This document shows, piece after piece, positions 41,536 to 51,426 of a stretch of DNA of 64,000 nt (positions within the stretch are counted from its first letter, which is position 1; each line of letters starts with the position of its first letter). The notes beneath the pieces were generated by a model. The model was not told the origin of the DNA and searched no databases. It saw only the letters and a program-made list of their open reading frames with translations. The stretch lies in assembly GCA_949299195.1 (NCBI GenBank), contig CASFZN010000021.1:7114-71113 (forward strand), given 5' to 3'. Origin of the DNA: an uncultured bacterium. GTDB taxonomy: Bacteria > Bacillota_I > Bacilli_A > RFN20 > CAG-826. The position numbers and the translations under genes were made by a program.

Positions 41536-41569
41536 AGTGTTCATATAATAGTTATTAAAGCGGACCACT
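41536..41569 (-). ncRNA. L19 leader (rplS autoregulatory RNA)
   Basis: Minus strand reads AGTGGTCCGCT...TATGAACACT just upstream of the rplS RBS, matching the Firmicutes L19 leader pattern. Confidence 0.7.
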
Positions 41570-41667
41570 CGTAGCAATTTAATTAAGTTTTTAATCAAAA
41601 TGCTTAATAATTTTATATCAATTAAATATAAAAGTAAATGTGTTTTCGCTACTTTTTGCTTATTTTT

Positions 41668-42351
41668 ATGGAAGAAACAACAATTAATTTTTATTCTGAT
41701 ATAAAGAGTTATAGTAGGGGAGAAAAACTAAACAATATTATTAATTCAAAACTCCCTTCTTTAATGTTATACACTAAAGAAACTATGTCTTTAATTAAAA
41801 AATATAAAGACTTACTTAACTTAAATGAATTAAAATTAAATGAATATTATGAAGTTAACTTTATCTATATCTATATTTCTTTATATAGAATAAATACTAT
41901 TGATGAACAAATAACTTTTTTAAAGAATAATATAGATTATATTGATAACTGGGCAATTGTTGATGCTACTTATGATCTATTAAAAGAAAAAAGCATCAGA
42001 GTATCCAATATTTTCTTTAATTTTAATGAAGAGTTCTTAATTAGATACGCTTATGTTTCTTTATTAAAAGAAGCCAAAAACAAAGAATTAACTATTTCTA
42101 TGTTAAAATTAATCGAAAAAGAAACTAAAGACAATTTATACTACGTTAAAATGGGAGCTGGATGGCTTTTATCTTACTTATTTATATATAATTTTGATGA
42201 AACGTATAACTATTTAAAAGAAAATTATACTTCTTTTAATGTTCCTATCATAAAGGTTGGAATTCAAAAAAGTATCGATTCTTATCGAGTAAGCAACGAA
42301 AATAAAGAACTATTAAAAGAATTTAGAAAAATTATTAATGCTGTCAAGTAA
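41668..42351 (+). CDS. DNA alkylation repair protein (AlkD-like HEAT-repeat glycosylase)
   Basis: YIDNWAIVD, EEFLIRYAYV and YYVKMGAGWLLS motifs. Start uncertain (41638 or 41668). Confidence 0.75.
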   Translation: MEETTINFYSDIKSYSRGEKLNNIINSKLPSLMLYTKETMSLIKKYKDLLNLNELKLNEYYEVNFIYIYISLYRINTIDEQITFLKNNIDYIDNWAIVDATYDLLKEKSIRVSNIFFNFNEEFLIRYAYVSLLKEAKNKELTISMLKLIEKETKDNLYYVKMGAGWLLSYLFIYNFDETYNYLKENYTSFNVPIIKVGIQKSIDSYRVSNENKELLKEFRKIINAVK

Positions 42352-42357
42352 TTTTAC

Positions 42358-42387
42358 TTGACACCACCATATAAAACTTACTATAAT
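42358..42387 (+). promoter_or_regulatory. Sigma-A promoter of rpsP
   Basis: TTGACA-18 bp-TATAAT. Confidence 0.7.
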
Positions 42388-42452
42388 TATCAAGGTTTAT
42401 GAAAAGATAAACTTTTTACTAAGTTATTTATATTTAAAAGGAGAATTTTAAA

Positions 42453-42998
42453 ATGGCTGTAAAAATTAGATTAACAAGAATTGGTAGACATAAAGATCCA
42501 ATCTATAGAATCGTTGCTGCTGATCATAAATATGCAAGAGATGGCAGATACATCGAACAAGTTGGTTACTATGATCCATCAAAAGGTATTGAAAACGCAA
42601 CTTTAGAAGAAGAAAAAGTCTTAAAATGGTTAAGCGAAGGTGCTCAATATAGCGATACCATCAAAGCTATCTTAAGTGCAAAAGGCTTAATTAAAAAGGC
42701 TAAAGAAACTAAAGACGAAGGCGAAAAGAAAGAAAAAGTCGTCAAAACCGGAAGCGGTAAAAAAGTTTCTAAGAAAAAATTAGAAAGCAAAAAAGCAAAA
42801 GCTGAAGCTAAAAAAGTTAAAGCTGAAAACTTAAAGAAAGTTGAAGAAAGAAAAGCTTTAGCTGCTAAGAAAAAGGCTGAAGAGGAAGCTGCTTTAAAAG
42901 CTGCTGAAGAAGCTGCAGCTAAAGAAGCTGAACAAGCAACTGCTGCTAGCGAAGAAGCTACACCAGTCGCTGAAGAAACAACTACACCAAACGAATAA
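42453..42998 (+). CDS. rpsP: 30S ribosomal protein S16 with long charged C-terminal tail
   Basis: MAVKIRLTRIG, YRIVAAD, RDGRYIEQVGYYDP. Confidence 0.97.
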   Translation: MAVKIRLTRIGRHKDPIYRIVAADHKYARDGRYIEQVGYYDPSKGIENATLEEEKVLKWLSEGAQYSDTIKAILSAKGLIKKAKETKDEGEKKEKVVKTGSGKKVSKKKLESKKAKAEAKKVKAENLKKVEERKALAAKKKAEEEAALKAAEEAAAKEAEQATAASEEATPVAEETTTPNE

Positions 42999-43052
42999 TT
43001 TAATTCTAATTAATAAAATTAGTATTATATTACTATTATAAGGAGAGAACAC

Positions 43053-43307
43053 ATGGATTATATTTCCTTAATTCGTTTTATTGTCGAACCTTTTGTTGAA
43101 AATCCTGAATCATTATTAATTAGAGAATTATCAAATGAAGGTAAGGATGTAACAATTCTTATCTGCAGCGAAAATAGCGATACTGCAAAACTTATTGGTA
43201 AAAAAGGCTGTGTTGCTAACGCTATTAGAGAAATTGTTTCTATCGCAGGTAAATTAGAAAATAAAAGAGTTCATATCAAATTCGAATCATTCGAAGAAGA
43301 TAAGTAA
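43053..43307 (+). CDS. khpA: KH-domain RNA-binding protein KhpA/YlqC
   Basis: KLIGKKG GxxG loop. Directly after rpsP. Confidence 0.9.
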   Translation: MDYISLIRFIVEPFVENPESLLIRELSNEGKDVTILICSENSDTAKLIGKKGCVANAIREIVSIAGKLENKRVHIKFESFEEDK

Positions 43308-43319
43308 TAACTAGAACTA

Positions 43320-43350
43320 AAAAAGGAGAAGCCTTCTGCTTCTCCTTTTT
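43320..43350. terminator. Bidirectional terminator after khpA and the DUF362 gene
   Basis: AAAAAGGAGAAGC-CTTCT-GCTTCTCCTTTTT. Confidence 0.8.
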
Positions 43351-43365
43351 CTTTTGCCATCAAAC

Positions 43366-43404
43366 TACTAATTAACTACTAGAAAACTACTAGATATCTA
43401 CCAG
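43366..43404 (+). repeat. 11-bp-period TACTA tandem array, copy 2
   Basis: tactaattaac|tactagaaaac|tactagatatc|taccag. 26/28 identical to 11758-11785 over 43377-43404. Confidence 0.7.
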
Positions 43405-43424
43405 AGGGGTTTATAGGTACCTAC

Positions 43425-44306
43425 CTATTCTATTTCAATTAATTCGTAATCTTTATTACCAAATCCTAATAAAGCACTAGCATCAATTGTATGAGTACCA
43501 TTTAAACTGTTAACTCTTTCTAAAACGATATTTTTCCCATTATCATCGCTATTTTCGACTAAATCCATACATGCTCTATCAATAGCAACTGGATCTAAAG
43601 AAGCTAAAATTCCAATATCTTTCATACAAGGAGGTGCTGCTTCTCCATCACAATCACAATCTTTAGAGATATTAACCATACAGTTAATATACGCAATCTT
43701 TCCGTTAAAATGTTTATGAACACTACTAGCAGCATCAGCCATTGCTTCTAAAAAGCGGTCTTGTTCAGGCAAATTATCAAATAAAATGGTTTGATCAGTA
43801 GTTTTACCTGCGGTATGTATCCAAGTTTTACCCTCACTTGAAGCAAAACCTATAGACAATTGTTTTAAGGCACCGCCATATCCGCCCATAGCATGACCTT
43901 TAAAATGCGATAAAACTAAACATGAATCATATTTTAAAATGTCTCTTCCGACATAATTTTCTTTAATTATTTTTCCATTAGGAATCTCAAAAGCTATATA
44001 ACCATATTCATCCAATAAGTCTACTTTAAATGTACCAGTCCAACCGTGTTCGTCTAATAATTTAAGATGTTTGTCACTATGATTTCGAGCTCCTTCATAA
44101 GCAGTATTACATTCGACTACTACACCATTTAAATAATCAACTATTGGTTTAACAAATTCTGGTTTTAAGTAATTTTTGTTACCTTTTTCTCCAGAATGTA
44201 ACTTAACCGCGACTTTACCTTCTAGTTTAATTCCTAGTGCTTCATAAACTTTGATTAAAGATTCAGGTTCAACCTTCCTTATTATATATACTTTGCTTTT
44301 GGTCAT
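43425..44306 (-). CDS. DUF362 family Fe-S protein
   Basis: VAVKLHSGE, LSHFKGHAMGGYGGALKQLSIG, DCDC, DPVAIDRAC. Confidence 0.85.
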   Translation of the reverse strand: MTKSKVYIIRKVEPESLIKVYEALGIKLEGKVAVKLHSGEKGNKNYLKPEFVKPIVDYLNGVVVECNTAYEGARNHSDKHLKLLDEHGWTGTFKVDLLDEYGYIAFEIPNGKIIKENYVGRDILKYDSCLVLSHFKGHAMGGYGGALKQLSIGFASSEGKTWIHTAGKTTDQTILFDNLPEQDRFLEAMADAASSVHKHFNGKIAYINCMVNISKDCDCDGEAAPPCMKDIGILASLDPVAIDRACMDLVENSDDNGKNIVLERVNSLNGTHTIDASALLGFGNKDYELIEIE

Positions 44307-44375
44307 ATTATTTCCTCCAAAATTATCTTTATTAAATTCATTTTAAACTTTTTTTGAAAGATTAAAACTTACTAT

Positions 44376-45069
44376 TTAAGAGTTAAAATCGATATTTAAA
44401 CTATCAATCCATTCAATAATCAAGCTTTCGTTTGCTCTTGAAGAAAACCTATGATTTCCTATCCAATTGGCTTCTGGAGCTAATTCAATTTTACTCTCAG
44501 TAGAATATTGAGAAGCCGAACTTGTTCCAAAAGGAATTATATTTTTACCTTCAAAATCATTATTTCTTAAAAACTCATCTACAACCCGCGAAGGTTCTCT
44601 CCACCAAACAGGAAATCCTAATAATATATTTTCCTCTTCATCAAATCCCTCAAACGAAGTATTGACGAGTTCAACAACTCTATTTGGATCCTCGTGTTCT
44701 TCGAAAACTCTGCTATTTTCATTATTATAATTTAAATCTTCGCTTGTATAAGGATCTACTGGCTCTAATCCATATAAAGGAGAACCGATATAATTTCCAA
44801 TGATATTTGCCACCCTTTCTGTATTTTCTGTAGCAGGAAAAATAGACGATAATCGCATCATTTTCTCCACTTGGTTCTTCAACAGGTGGGTCTTCTTCTG
44901 GTGGTTCTTCAATAGTTGGTTCCTATTCTTCTGGAGGATTTTCCACCGGAGGCTCAATAGGAACTTCTTGCAAAGGATCGTTTTCTGGAGGAATTTCTAC
45001 TTGAGAATTAGAACAGCCAACTAAAATTAATAAAGATAATAAAGTTAATACTTTAATTGTTCTTTTCAT
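44376..45069 (-). pseudogene. Lipoprotein flavodoxin, disrupted
   Basis: ATG at 45069 reads MKRTIKVLTLLSLLILVGC (lipobox) and a Pro/Glu linker. There is an in-frame TAG at 44925-44923 and a one-base frameshift near 44835 at the IVYFS/ATENT motif. The C-terminal part reads GFPVWW...PFGTSSAS. Confidence 0.8.
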
Positions 45070-45105
45070 GTTAAAACCTCTCTATTTTTTTAATAATTAC
45101 TTATT

Positions 45106-45960
45106 TTAAGTGTTTCTTTCTTCCAATAATTGCCCAAACCATTCAATAATTGCAGGATCTTGATGAGAGAAAAATAAAGAATTATTAGTATCTAAGGCTT
45201 TAATTTTTTCCATATCCTCACCATCCAATTCAAAATCCCATATATTTTCGTTTTCAACTATTCTTTCTTCATGAACTGATTTTGCTAAAGAAACAATATC
45301 TCTTTGATAAAGCCATCTTAATATAACTTGAGCGACACTTTTATTATATTTCTTACCAATTTGAGATAAGACTTCATTATTAAACATGTCGTTTCTTCCT
45401 TCTCCAAAAGGAGCCCAAGCTCCTAAAATAACCCCGTATTTTTCGGCCCATTTTTTATCTTCTATTCTTTGATGAAATGGGTTAATTTCAATTTGATTAA
45501 CCATCGGTTTTATTTTAGAAAATTTACAGATATCTACTAATCTATCTGGATAAAAGTTAGAAACTCCAATCGCCTTAACCTTACCTTCTTCATAAAGTTT
45601 TTCTAAATCTCTCCACGCTCCATAATAATCAGCGATTGGTTGATGAAGTAAAATTAAATCAATATAATCGGTTTTTAATTTTCTTATCGATTCAATAACT
45701 GAATCATAGGTTTTACCTTCTCCATAATGTTCAATCCAGACTTTTGTAGTTAAAAAGATCTCTTCTCTTTTAACTTCACTTTCATTTAAAGCATCACCAA
45801 CTTCACTTTCATTAAAATAAGATTGAGCAGTATCAATATGGCGATATCCAGCTTTAAGTGCTGCTAAAACACTTCTTTTGCAGTCTTCTTTACTAACTTG
45901 ATAAACTCCAAATCCATTTGCAGGAATAAATATTCCATTACTTAATTTAAAGCCTTCCAT
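45106..45960 (-). CDS. Aldo/keto reductase
   Basis: GFGVYQ, GYRHIDTAQSY, DYIDLILLHQP, AIGVSNF, AQVILRW. Confidence 0.95.
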   Translation of the reverse strand: MEGFKLSNGIFIPANGFGVYQVSKEDCKRSVLAALKAGYRHIDTAQSYFNESEVGDALNESEVKREEIFLTTKVWIEHYGEGKTYDSVIESIRKLKTDYIDLILLHQPIADYYGAWRDLEKLYEEGKVKAIGVSNFYPDRLVDICKFSKIKPMVNQIEINPFHQRIEDKKWAEKYGVILGAWAPFGEGRNDMFNNEVLSQIGKKYNKSVAQVILRWLYQRDIVSLAKSVHEERIVENENIWDFELDGEDMEKIKALDTNNSLFFSHQDPAIIEWFGQLLEERNT

Positions 45961-45961
45961 A

Positions 45962-46439
45962 CTATTTATTATCTCCTTTTAAATAAGAAATATGTTCCTC
46001 TTCACTTTTATTAAATAATCCTTCAACATAAGTGATATTTGGATCTACCTTATTAAAATCATTTAATGAATTGACCATATATTGATGATCATTAGTGTAA
46101 CTATTTGCAAAAAATATTACCCTTCCTTTATATCCTTTTATTTTTGTTATAAAGGTAGCGATAACTAAAGGAAATGTATACCACCAAATAGGGAAAAATA
46201 ATAAGATTTCATCGTTATTTTCTTTAATTTTGTTATAGTCTATATCATCCTTACTTTTCAGGATATAAACACTTCTCATATTCTTCTTTTGCCTCAATAT
46301 ATGCACAAGTATTATAATCACTTGAATAGGGCACTTTTTTATCAATTCGATCGATATCATAATTAAATTCCTTATTAATAGCTTCAACTAAATGTTTAGT
46401 GTTATTAGAATATGTAAAATAAATAATTGCTCTTTTTAT
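45962..46439 (-). pseudogene. Flavodoxin, frameshifted
   Basis: An ATA start after an AGGAG RBS reads IKRAIIYFTYSNNTKHLVE...YPE. A one-base frameshift near 46257 leads into KDDIDY...FFPIWWYT. Confidence 0.75.
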
Positions 46440-46513
46440 AATTAATTTTTATTACTCCTACACCAATATTTTAAAAATAATAATAAAAATTAACTATTTC
46501 TATCTTGTTAAAA

Positions 46514-46538
46514 AGGTATTAACGCGTGGTTAATACCT
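46514..46538. promoter_or_regulatory. Operator-like palindrome between the divergent redox cluster and rimM
   Basis: AGGTATTAAC-GCGTG-GTTAATACCT. Confidence 0.5.
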
Positions 46539-46621
46539 ACTTTCATTTAATATATAATCTGACTTTAAAATAATGTAAAATAAGTACTTGAAATAAGAAT
46601 ATAAAAAAGAAAGTAAAGAGT

Positions 46622-47161
46622 ATGGAATATTTAAAAGTAGCAAAATTATTAAAAGCCCATGGATTAAAAGGCGAAGTAAGAGTTTATACTACCTCTTCTT
46701 TTAAAGATTTAAGATATAAGAAAAATAATAAGTTATACATTCAACTTAATCCTGATAATAATGAAGAACTTAAAGAAGTAACTATTAAATCCTTTAAAAA
46801 AAAGGAAGGTAATATTGATATTTTAAGTTTTAATGAGATTAATGATGTTAATGAAATTGAGAAATATTTAAATAAAGACATTTTAGTTATAAAGGATGAA
46901 AAAATCTTAGATAAGAATATGTATTTTTTTAGCGATTTAATCGGATTAAAAGCTTATTCTAATGATAATAAAGAAAAAGTGATCGGAGAAATAATAGACG
47001 TAAAAGAATTTAACTCTAATATTTCTTTAATTTTAAAATTAAGTGAAGAATATAAAAATAAAATCATTAATATCCCATTTAATGACTATTTTGTTCTTGA
47101 TATCGATTTAATAAATAAATCAATACTTATCAATGTTATCGAAGGATTATTAGATATTTAA
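46622..47161 (+). CDS. rimM: 16S rRNA processing protein RimM
   Basis: KAHGLKGEV, YFFSDLIGL and IPF...V..ID motifs. Confidence 0.93.
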   Translation: MEYLKVAKLLKAHGLKGEVRVYTTSSFKDLRYKKNNKLYIQLNPDNNEELKEVTIKSFKKKEGNIDILSFNEINDVNEIEKYLNKDILVIKDEKILDKNMYFFSDLIGLKAYSNDNKEKVIGEIIDVKEFNSNISLILKLSEEYKNKIINIPFNDYFVLDIDLINKSILINVIEGLLDI

Positions 47162-47187
47162 TTATTACTATTATTAATATTAATATT

Positions 47188-47988
47188 ATGGAAAAAACTA
47201 AAAAAATAACAATCTTAACCGCAATACCAGACTTTTTCGATTCTTTTTTAAATACTTCAATTATTAAAAGGGCAATTGCTAAAAAGTTAGTAGAAATAAA
47301 AATCATTAATATTAGAGATTATACCCTTGATAAACATCATCGAATTGATTCTCATCCAATCGGAGGAGGAGCGGGGTTAATTTTAAAATGTCAGCCAATT
47401 GTTGATGCTTTAAATGATAATTCTACTCTTAATTCCTTAAAAATAATCACTTCTCCTAGAGGTAAAACTTTTACTCAAACTGATGCGATAAATATTTCAA
47501 AAAATAATGATGAAATCGTTATTTTATGTGGTCACTATGAAGGAATTGATGAAAGAGTATTTAAATATTTTGATATTGAATATTCTATTGGAGATTATAT
47601 TTTGACTGGAGGAGAAATCCCTTCTTTAGTAATTATGGATTCAGTTATTAGACTTATTGAAGGAGTAATTAGTGAAGACTCAATAAAAGAAGAAACATTC
47701 AATTCATCATTAGTTGAATATCCTCAATATACTCTCCCATATAACTTTAATAACGATTATATTCCTGATATTTTATTTTCAGGTAATCATGAAGCGATTA
47801 AAAAATATAACTTAAAAAAATCTTTAGAATATACCCTTAAATATCGTCCTGATTTATTAAAAAATTATGAATTTAATAAAGAGGAAAAGAAATTACTTAA
47901 AGAATTAGAAAGTAGTGAAACTCCTAAATGGGAAATAGATGCTATCGAAAAAGGAAAAAAATTTATAAAATCAAAAAAAGACGAATAA
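47188..47988 (+). CDS. trmD: tRNA (guanine37-N1)-methyltransferase
   Basis: CGHYEGIDERV, SIGDYILTGGE, EYPQYT, LFSGNH. Confidence 0.97.
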   Translation: MEKTKKITILTAIPDFFDSFLNTSIIKRAIAKKLVEIKIINIRDYTLDKHHRIDSHPIGGGAGLILKCQPIVDALNDNSTLNSLKIITSPRGKTFTQTDAINISKNNDEIVILCGHYEGIDERVFKYFDIEYSIGDYILTGGEIPSLVIMDSVIRLIEGVISEDSIKEETFNSSLVEYPQYTLPYNFNNDYIPDILFSGNHEAIKKYNLKKSLEYTLKYRPDLLKNYEFNKEEKKLLKELESSETPKWEIDAIEKGKKFIKSKKDE

Positions 47989-48002
47989 TATCGTCTTTTT
48001 TT
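47974..48002. terminator. Bidirectional terminator shared by convergent trmD and ffh
   Basis: AAAAAAGACGA-ATAATA-TCGTCTTTTTT overlapping the trmD 3' end. Confidence 0.7.
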
Positions 48003-48003
48003 A

Positions 48004-49350
48004 TTATTTAAACATATTGTTAAATCCGCCACCCATAGGAGGAAATTTTCCATTTCTTCCTTTCATCTTTTTCATCATTTCTTTCATTTGTTCATATTTT
48101 TTGATGACTTTATTAACATCGGCATTAGTTTTACCACATCCTTTAGCAATTCTAACCTTTCGAGAATTTTTTAAAATCGCAGGGTTCATTCTTTCTTCAG
48201 GAGTCATCGAATTGATGATGACTTCAAACTCTTTCATTTCTTTATTTAATTTTTCTTCTTGTTCATCAGTAATCTTTGGCATTCCAGGAATAAATTTTAA
48301 TAAAGATTGAACACTCCCTAACTTTTGAACTTGTTTCATTTGATCAAGCATATCTAAAAGAGTAAAGTCATTACTCATCATCTTTTTAACTGATTTTTCT
48401 GCTTCTTTCTCATCAATTTGAGAGCTCACTTTTTCAACAAAAGTTAAAACATCTCCCATTCCTAAAATTCTTGAAGCCATTCTATCTGGATAGAAAATAT
48501 CTAAATCTTGAATCTTTTCTCCAACGCCAGAAAATTTAATTCCAAGTCCAGTAGCACTAGCAATAGATAAAGCAGCACCGCCTCTAGAATCAGAATCAAG
48601 TTTTGACATAATTACACCAGTTAAAGATATTTTTTCATTAAAAGATTTAGTAACATTTAAAGCTTCTTGACCCGATAAAGCATCTACTACAATTAATTTT
48701 TCATCGATCGGTATCGAATTATTAATATTATTTAATTCATCCATTAATTCTTCATCAATCGATAATCTACCAGCAGTATCGATAATTAAACAATCATATA
48801 ATCCTAGTTTTGCTTCTTCATAAGCTTTTTGAGCAATTTCAACAGGACTTACTTCAGTTCCAAGTGAAAAACAATCTACATTTATCGAATTTGCTAATTC
48901 TTTAAGTTGATCAATAGCAGCTAAACGATAGGTATCACAAGCTGCTAAAAGCACCTTTTTGTTAAGCTTGTTTTTCATTAAATATGCAAGTTTTGCTGCA
49001 GTTGTAGTTTTACCACTACCTTGAAGACCAACAAGCATGATAGTTGTAACTTTATTATTGTTATAAGTAATCTCGCTTTTTCCACTACCTAAAAGATTAG
49101 TTAATTCTTCTTTAACAATTTTAATAACCATTTCGCTTGGATTAAGTTCTTTATAAACATCCATTCCAATACATTTATTTTTGATGGTTTCAATAAATTC
49201 TTTAACAACTTTAAAATTAACATCCGCTTCTAAAAGAGCCATTCTTATCTCTTTTAAAATTGAATCCATATTTGATTCAGTTAATTGATGTTCACCTTTA
49301 ATTCTTTTGATAATTTTTGAAAATTTTTCGCTTAATGCTTCAAATGCCAT
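48004..49350 (-). CDS. ffh: Signal recognition particle protein
   Basis: GLQGSGKTT, DTAGRL, RGGAALS, and a Met-rich M domain. ATG at 49350. Confidence 0.97.
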   Translation of the reverse strand: MAFEALSEKFSKIIKRIKGEHQLTESNMDSILKEIRMALLEADVNFKVVKEFIETIKNKCIGMDVYKELNPSEMVIKIVKEELTNLLGSGKSEITYNNNKVTTIMLVGLQGSGKTTTAAKLAYLMKNKLNKKVLLAACDTYRLAAIDQLKELANSINVDCFSLGTEVSPVEIAQKAYEEAKLGLYDCLIIDTAGRLSIDEELMDELNNINNSIPIDEKLIVVDALSGQEALNVTKSFNEKISLTGVIMSKLDSDSRGGAALSIASATGLGIKFSGVGEKIQDLDIFYPDRMASRILGMGDVLTFVEKVSSQIDEKEAEKSVKKMMSNDFTLLDMLDQMKQVQKLGSVQSLLKFIPGMPKITDEQEEKLNKEMKEFEVIINSMTPEERMNPAILKNSRKVRIAKGCGKTNADVNKVIKKYEQMKEMMKKMKGRNGKFPPMGGGFNNMFK

Positions 49351-49356
49351 AGTCAA

Positions 49357-49680
49357 TTACTCTCTTTCTTCATCTCTTAATATCTTTAAAATGTTTTCTT
49401 TATTAAATTTTATATCTTCTAAAGTTTCAATCTTTTTAATTCTTTCTTCAAACTTTAACTTTTCTTCATATTCTTCGAGTTTTTTTACACTTTTATTAAG
49501 TGAATCTAATACTGCGCTTCTAGAAATATTTTCTAAATCACTAATTTCGGTCAAAGAAAGATTATAAAAATAATACTTCTCTAAAATATCTTTTTGCTTT
49601 GAAGTAAGAAGTTCTCCATATAAATCATAAAGGATAGTAACCTTATCTATTTTATCTAATAAAGATTCGTTCTTTTTCAT
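49357..49680 (-). CDS. ylxM: YlxM family DNA-binding/SRP-associated protein
   Basis: LYDLYGELLTSKQ...LSLTEI...ISRSAV, located between ftsY and ffh. Confidence 0.9.
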   Translation of the reverse strand: MKKNESLLDKIDKVTILYDLYGELLTSKQKDILEKYYFYNLSLTEISDLENISRSAVLDSLNKSVKKLEEYEEKLKFEERIKKIETLEDIKFNKENILKILRDEERE

Positions 49681-49691
49681 ACTATTTTAAA

Positions 49692-50705
49692 TTACTCTTG
49701 GCGATTTTCCTCTTCTTCTACTATTTCATCATCTTTAAGTAAGCCATTAATATATTCGCTTAAATCAAAAATACGTAAATCATCCATTTTTTCGCCTAAT
49801 CCAATAAATCTAACACTTAAATCTAATTCGTTTTTAATTGAAAAAATAATTCCGCCCTTACTAGTTCCATCCATTTTAGTAAGAATAATTCCAGTTAAAG
49901 GTAAAATTTCTTTAAATGCTTTTGCTTGTAAAACGCCGTTTTGACCAGTTGTAGCATCTAAAACTAATAAACATTCATCAAGTTTATAATCTTCTTTTTC
50001 AATAACTTTACTAATTTTTTTAAGTTCGTTCATCAAGTTAACTTTATTTTGTAATCTTCCAGCTGTATCAATAATAATTAAGTCAAAATCATGATTTTTT
50101 GCATATTCTAAACCTTTATAAACAACACTAGCTGGGTCTTCGTTATCATTTCCACTTATAATTTCAGCGTTTATTTTTTCTGCCCAATAAGTAAGTTGTT
50201 CTTTTGCTCCTGCTCTAAAAGTATCAGCAGCAATAAGTAAAACTTTTTTACCTTCTTTAATATAAAAATGAGCAAGTTTAGCAATTGAAGTTGTCTTTCC
50301 AACTCCGTTAACACCTGAAATTAAGATTACTTCTGGATGAGATTCAAAACTTAATCCAATGTTCTTCTTTTCTTTTGCTTCTTCATCTAAATATGAAGAG
50401 AATAAAATCTCAAAAAGAATTTCGTTAATTTTATCACTATCCTCAACCTTTTCTTTTTTAACTCTTTCTAAAAGGTCTTCCATTACTTTAAGAGTAAAAG
50501 AAACTCCACAGTCACTTGAAATTAAAATCTCTTCGATTTCTTCAAAGTATTCTTCATTAACTTTACGATATTTTTTATTTAATTTATTTAATCTATGTGT
50601 AAAAGCTTTTCGAGATTCTTTTAACCCCGAATCATAGACTTCATATGTTTTTTCATCTTTTTCTTTCTTAGAAAAAACGCTTATTAATTTATCAAAAAAT
50701 CCCAT
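49692..50705 (-). CDS. ftsY: SRP receptor FtsY
   Basis: GVNGVGKTTSIAKLA, DTFRAGA, DTAGRLQ, TKMDGTSKGG. Confidence 0.97.
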   Translation of the reverse strand: MGFFDKLISVFSKKEKDEKTYEVYDSGLKESRKAFTHRLNKLNKKYRKVNEEYFEEIEEILISSDCGVSFTLKVMEDLLERVKKEKVEDSDKINEILFEILFSSYLDEEAKEKKNIGLSFESHPEVILISGVNGVGKTTSIAKLAHFYIKEGKKVLLIAADTFRAGAKEQLTYWAEKINAEIISGNDNEDPASVVYKGLEYAKNHDFDLIIIDTAGRLQNKVNLMNELKKISKVIEKEDYKLDECLLVLDATTGQNGVLQAKAFKEILPLTGIILTKMDGTSKGGIIFSIKNELDLSVRFIGLGEKMDDLRIFDLSEYINGLLKDDEIVEEEENRQE

Positions 50706-50714
50706 ATTTATCGA

Positions 50715-51398
50715 TTAAATAGCCTTTTTATTTAAAGCATCTTTAGCTGCCATTTGTTCAGCTCTTTTTTTAGATGCTCCGACTCCTTTACCTAATAATA
50801 AATCATTAAAATAGACTTCAACATAAAAGGTTTTATTATGTGGAGGTCCTTTTTCATCAACTACTTTATAAGAAACAGATTCACGATGTTCCGCTTGCAT
50901 TGCTTCTTGAAGGATTGATTTATAATCCTTAACATCTTCTAAAGATAAATTTTTAATATCATCATGATAGATTTTTTCAATGAATTTTTTAACAAATTCA
51001 AAACCTTGATCTAGATAAATTGCTCCAATAACTGCTTCAAAAATATCTTCTAAAATTGAATCATTATTGAAAGCGTTTTCCTTATTTAAAGAGTGACCAA
51101 TTTTAATAAATTGAGTAAATCCTTCTTTTCTAGCAAGTTTCGCTAGAGTTTTTGATTGAACTAAGCTAGCTTTAGCTTTAGTTAAATCTCCTTCAAGCAT
51201 ATCTTTATGATCAATATATAAATTAGAAGCAATAACAAAGGATAAAACACTATCTCCTAAAAACTCTAATCTTTCATAATCGTAATGTGAAGTTTTAGCG
51301 TCACTATTAAAAGATGAGTGGGTAAAAGCTCTTTCATAAATCTTGCGATTATGAGGCTTTATATCGTATTTTTCAAAAAATTTCGCCAAATCTTCCAT
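50715..51398 (-). CDS. rnc: Ribonuclease III
   Basis: ERLEFLGDSVL signature and a C-terminal dsRBD. Confidence 0.97.
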   Translation of the reverse strand: MEDLAKFFEKYDIKPHNRKIYERAFTHSSFNSDAKTSHYDYERLEFLGDSVLSFVIASNLYIDHKDMLEGDLTKAKASLVQSKTLAKLARKEGFTQFIKIGHSLNKENAFNNDSILEDIFEAVIGAIYLDQGFEFVKKFIEKIYHDDIKNLSLEDVKDYKSILQEAMQAEHRESVSYKVVDEKGPPHNKTFYVEVYFNDLLLGKGVGASKKRAEQMAAKDALNKKAI

Positions 51399-51426
51399 AA
51401 AAATATAAATCTCTTTCTTTTTTTAA

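Noticed and set aside
44923-44925. TAG read-through or recoding in the lipoprotein flavodoxin
   Set aside because: TAG terminates nine other genes, and this gene also has a frameshift. A GAG->TAG nonsense mutation is simpler.
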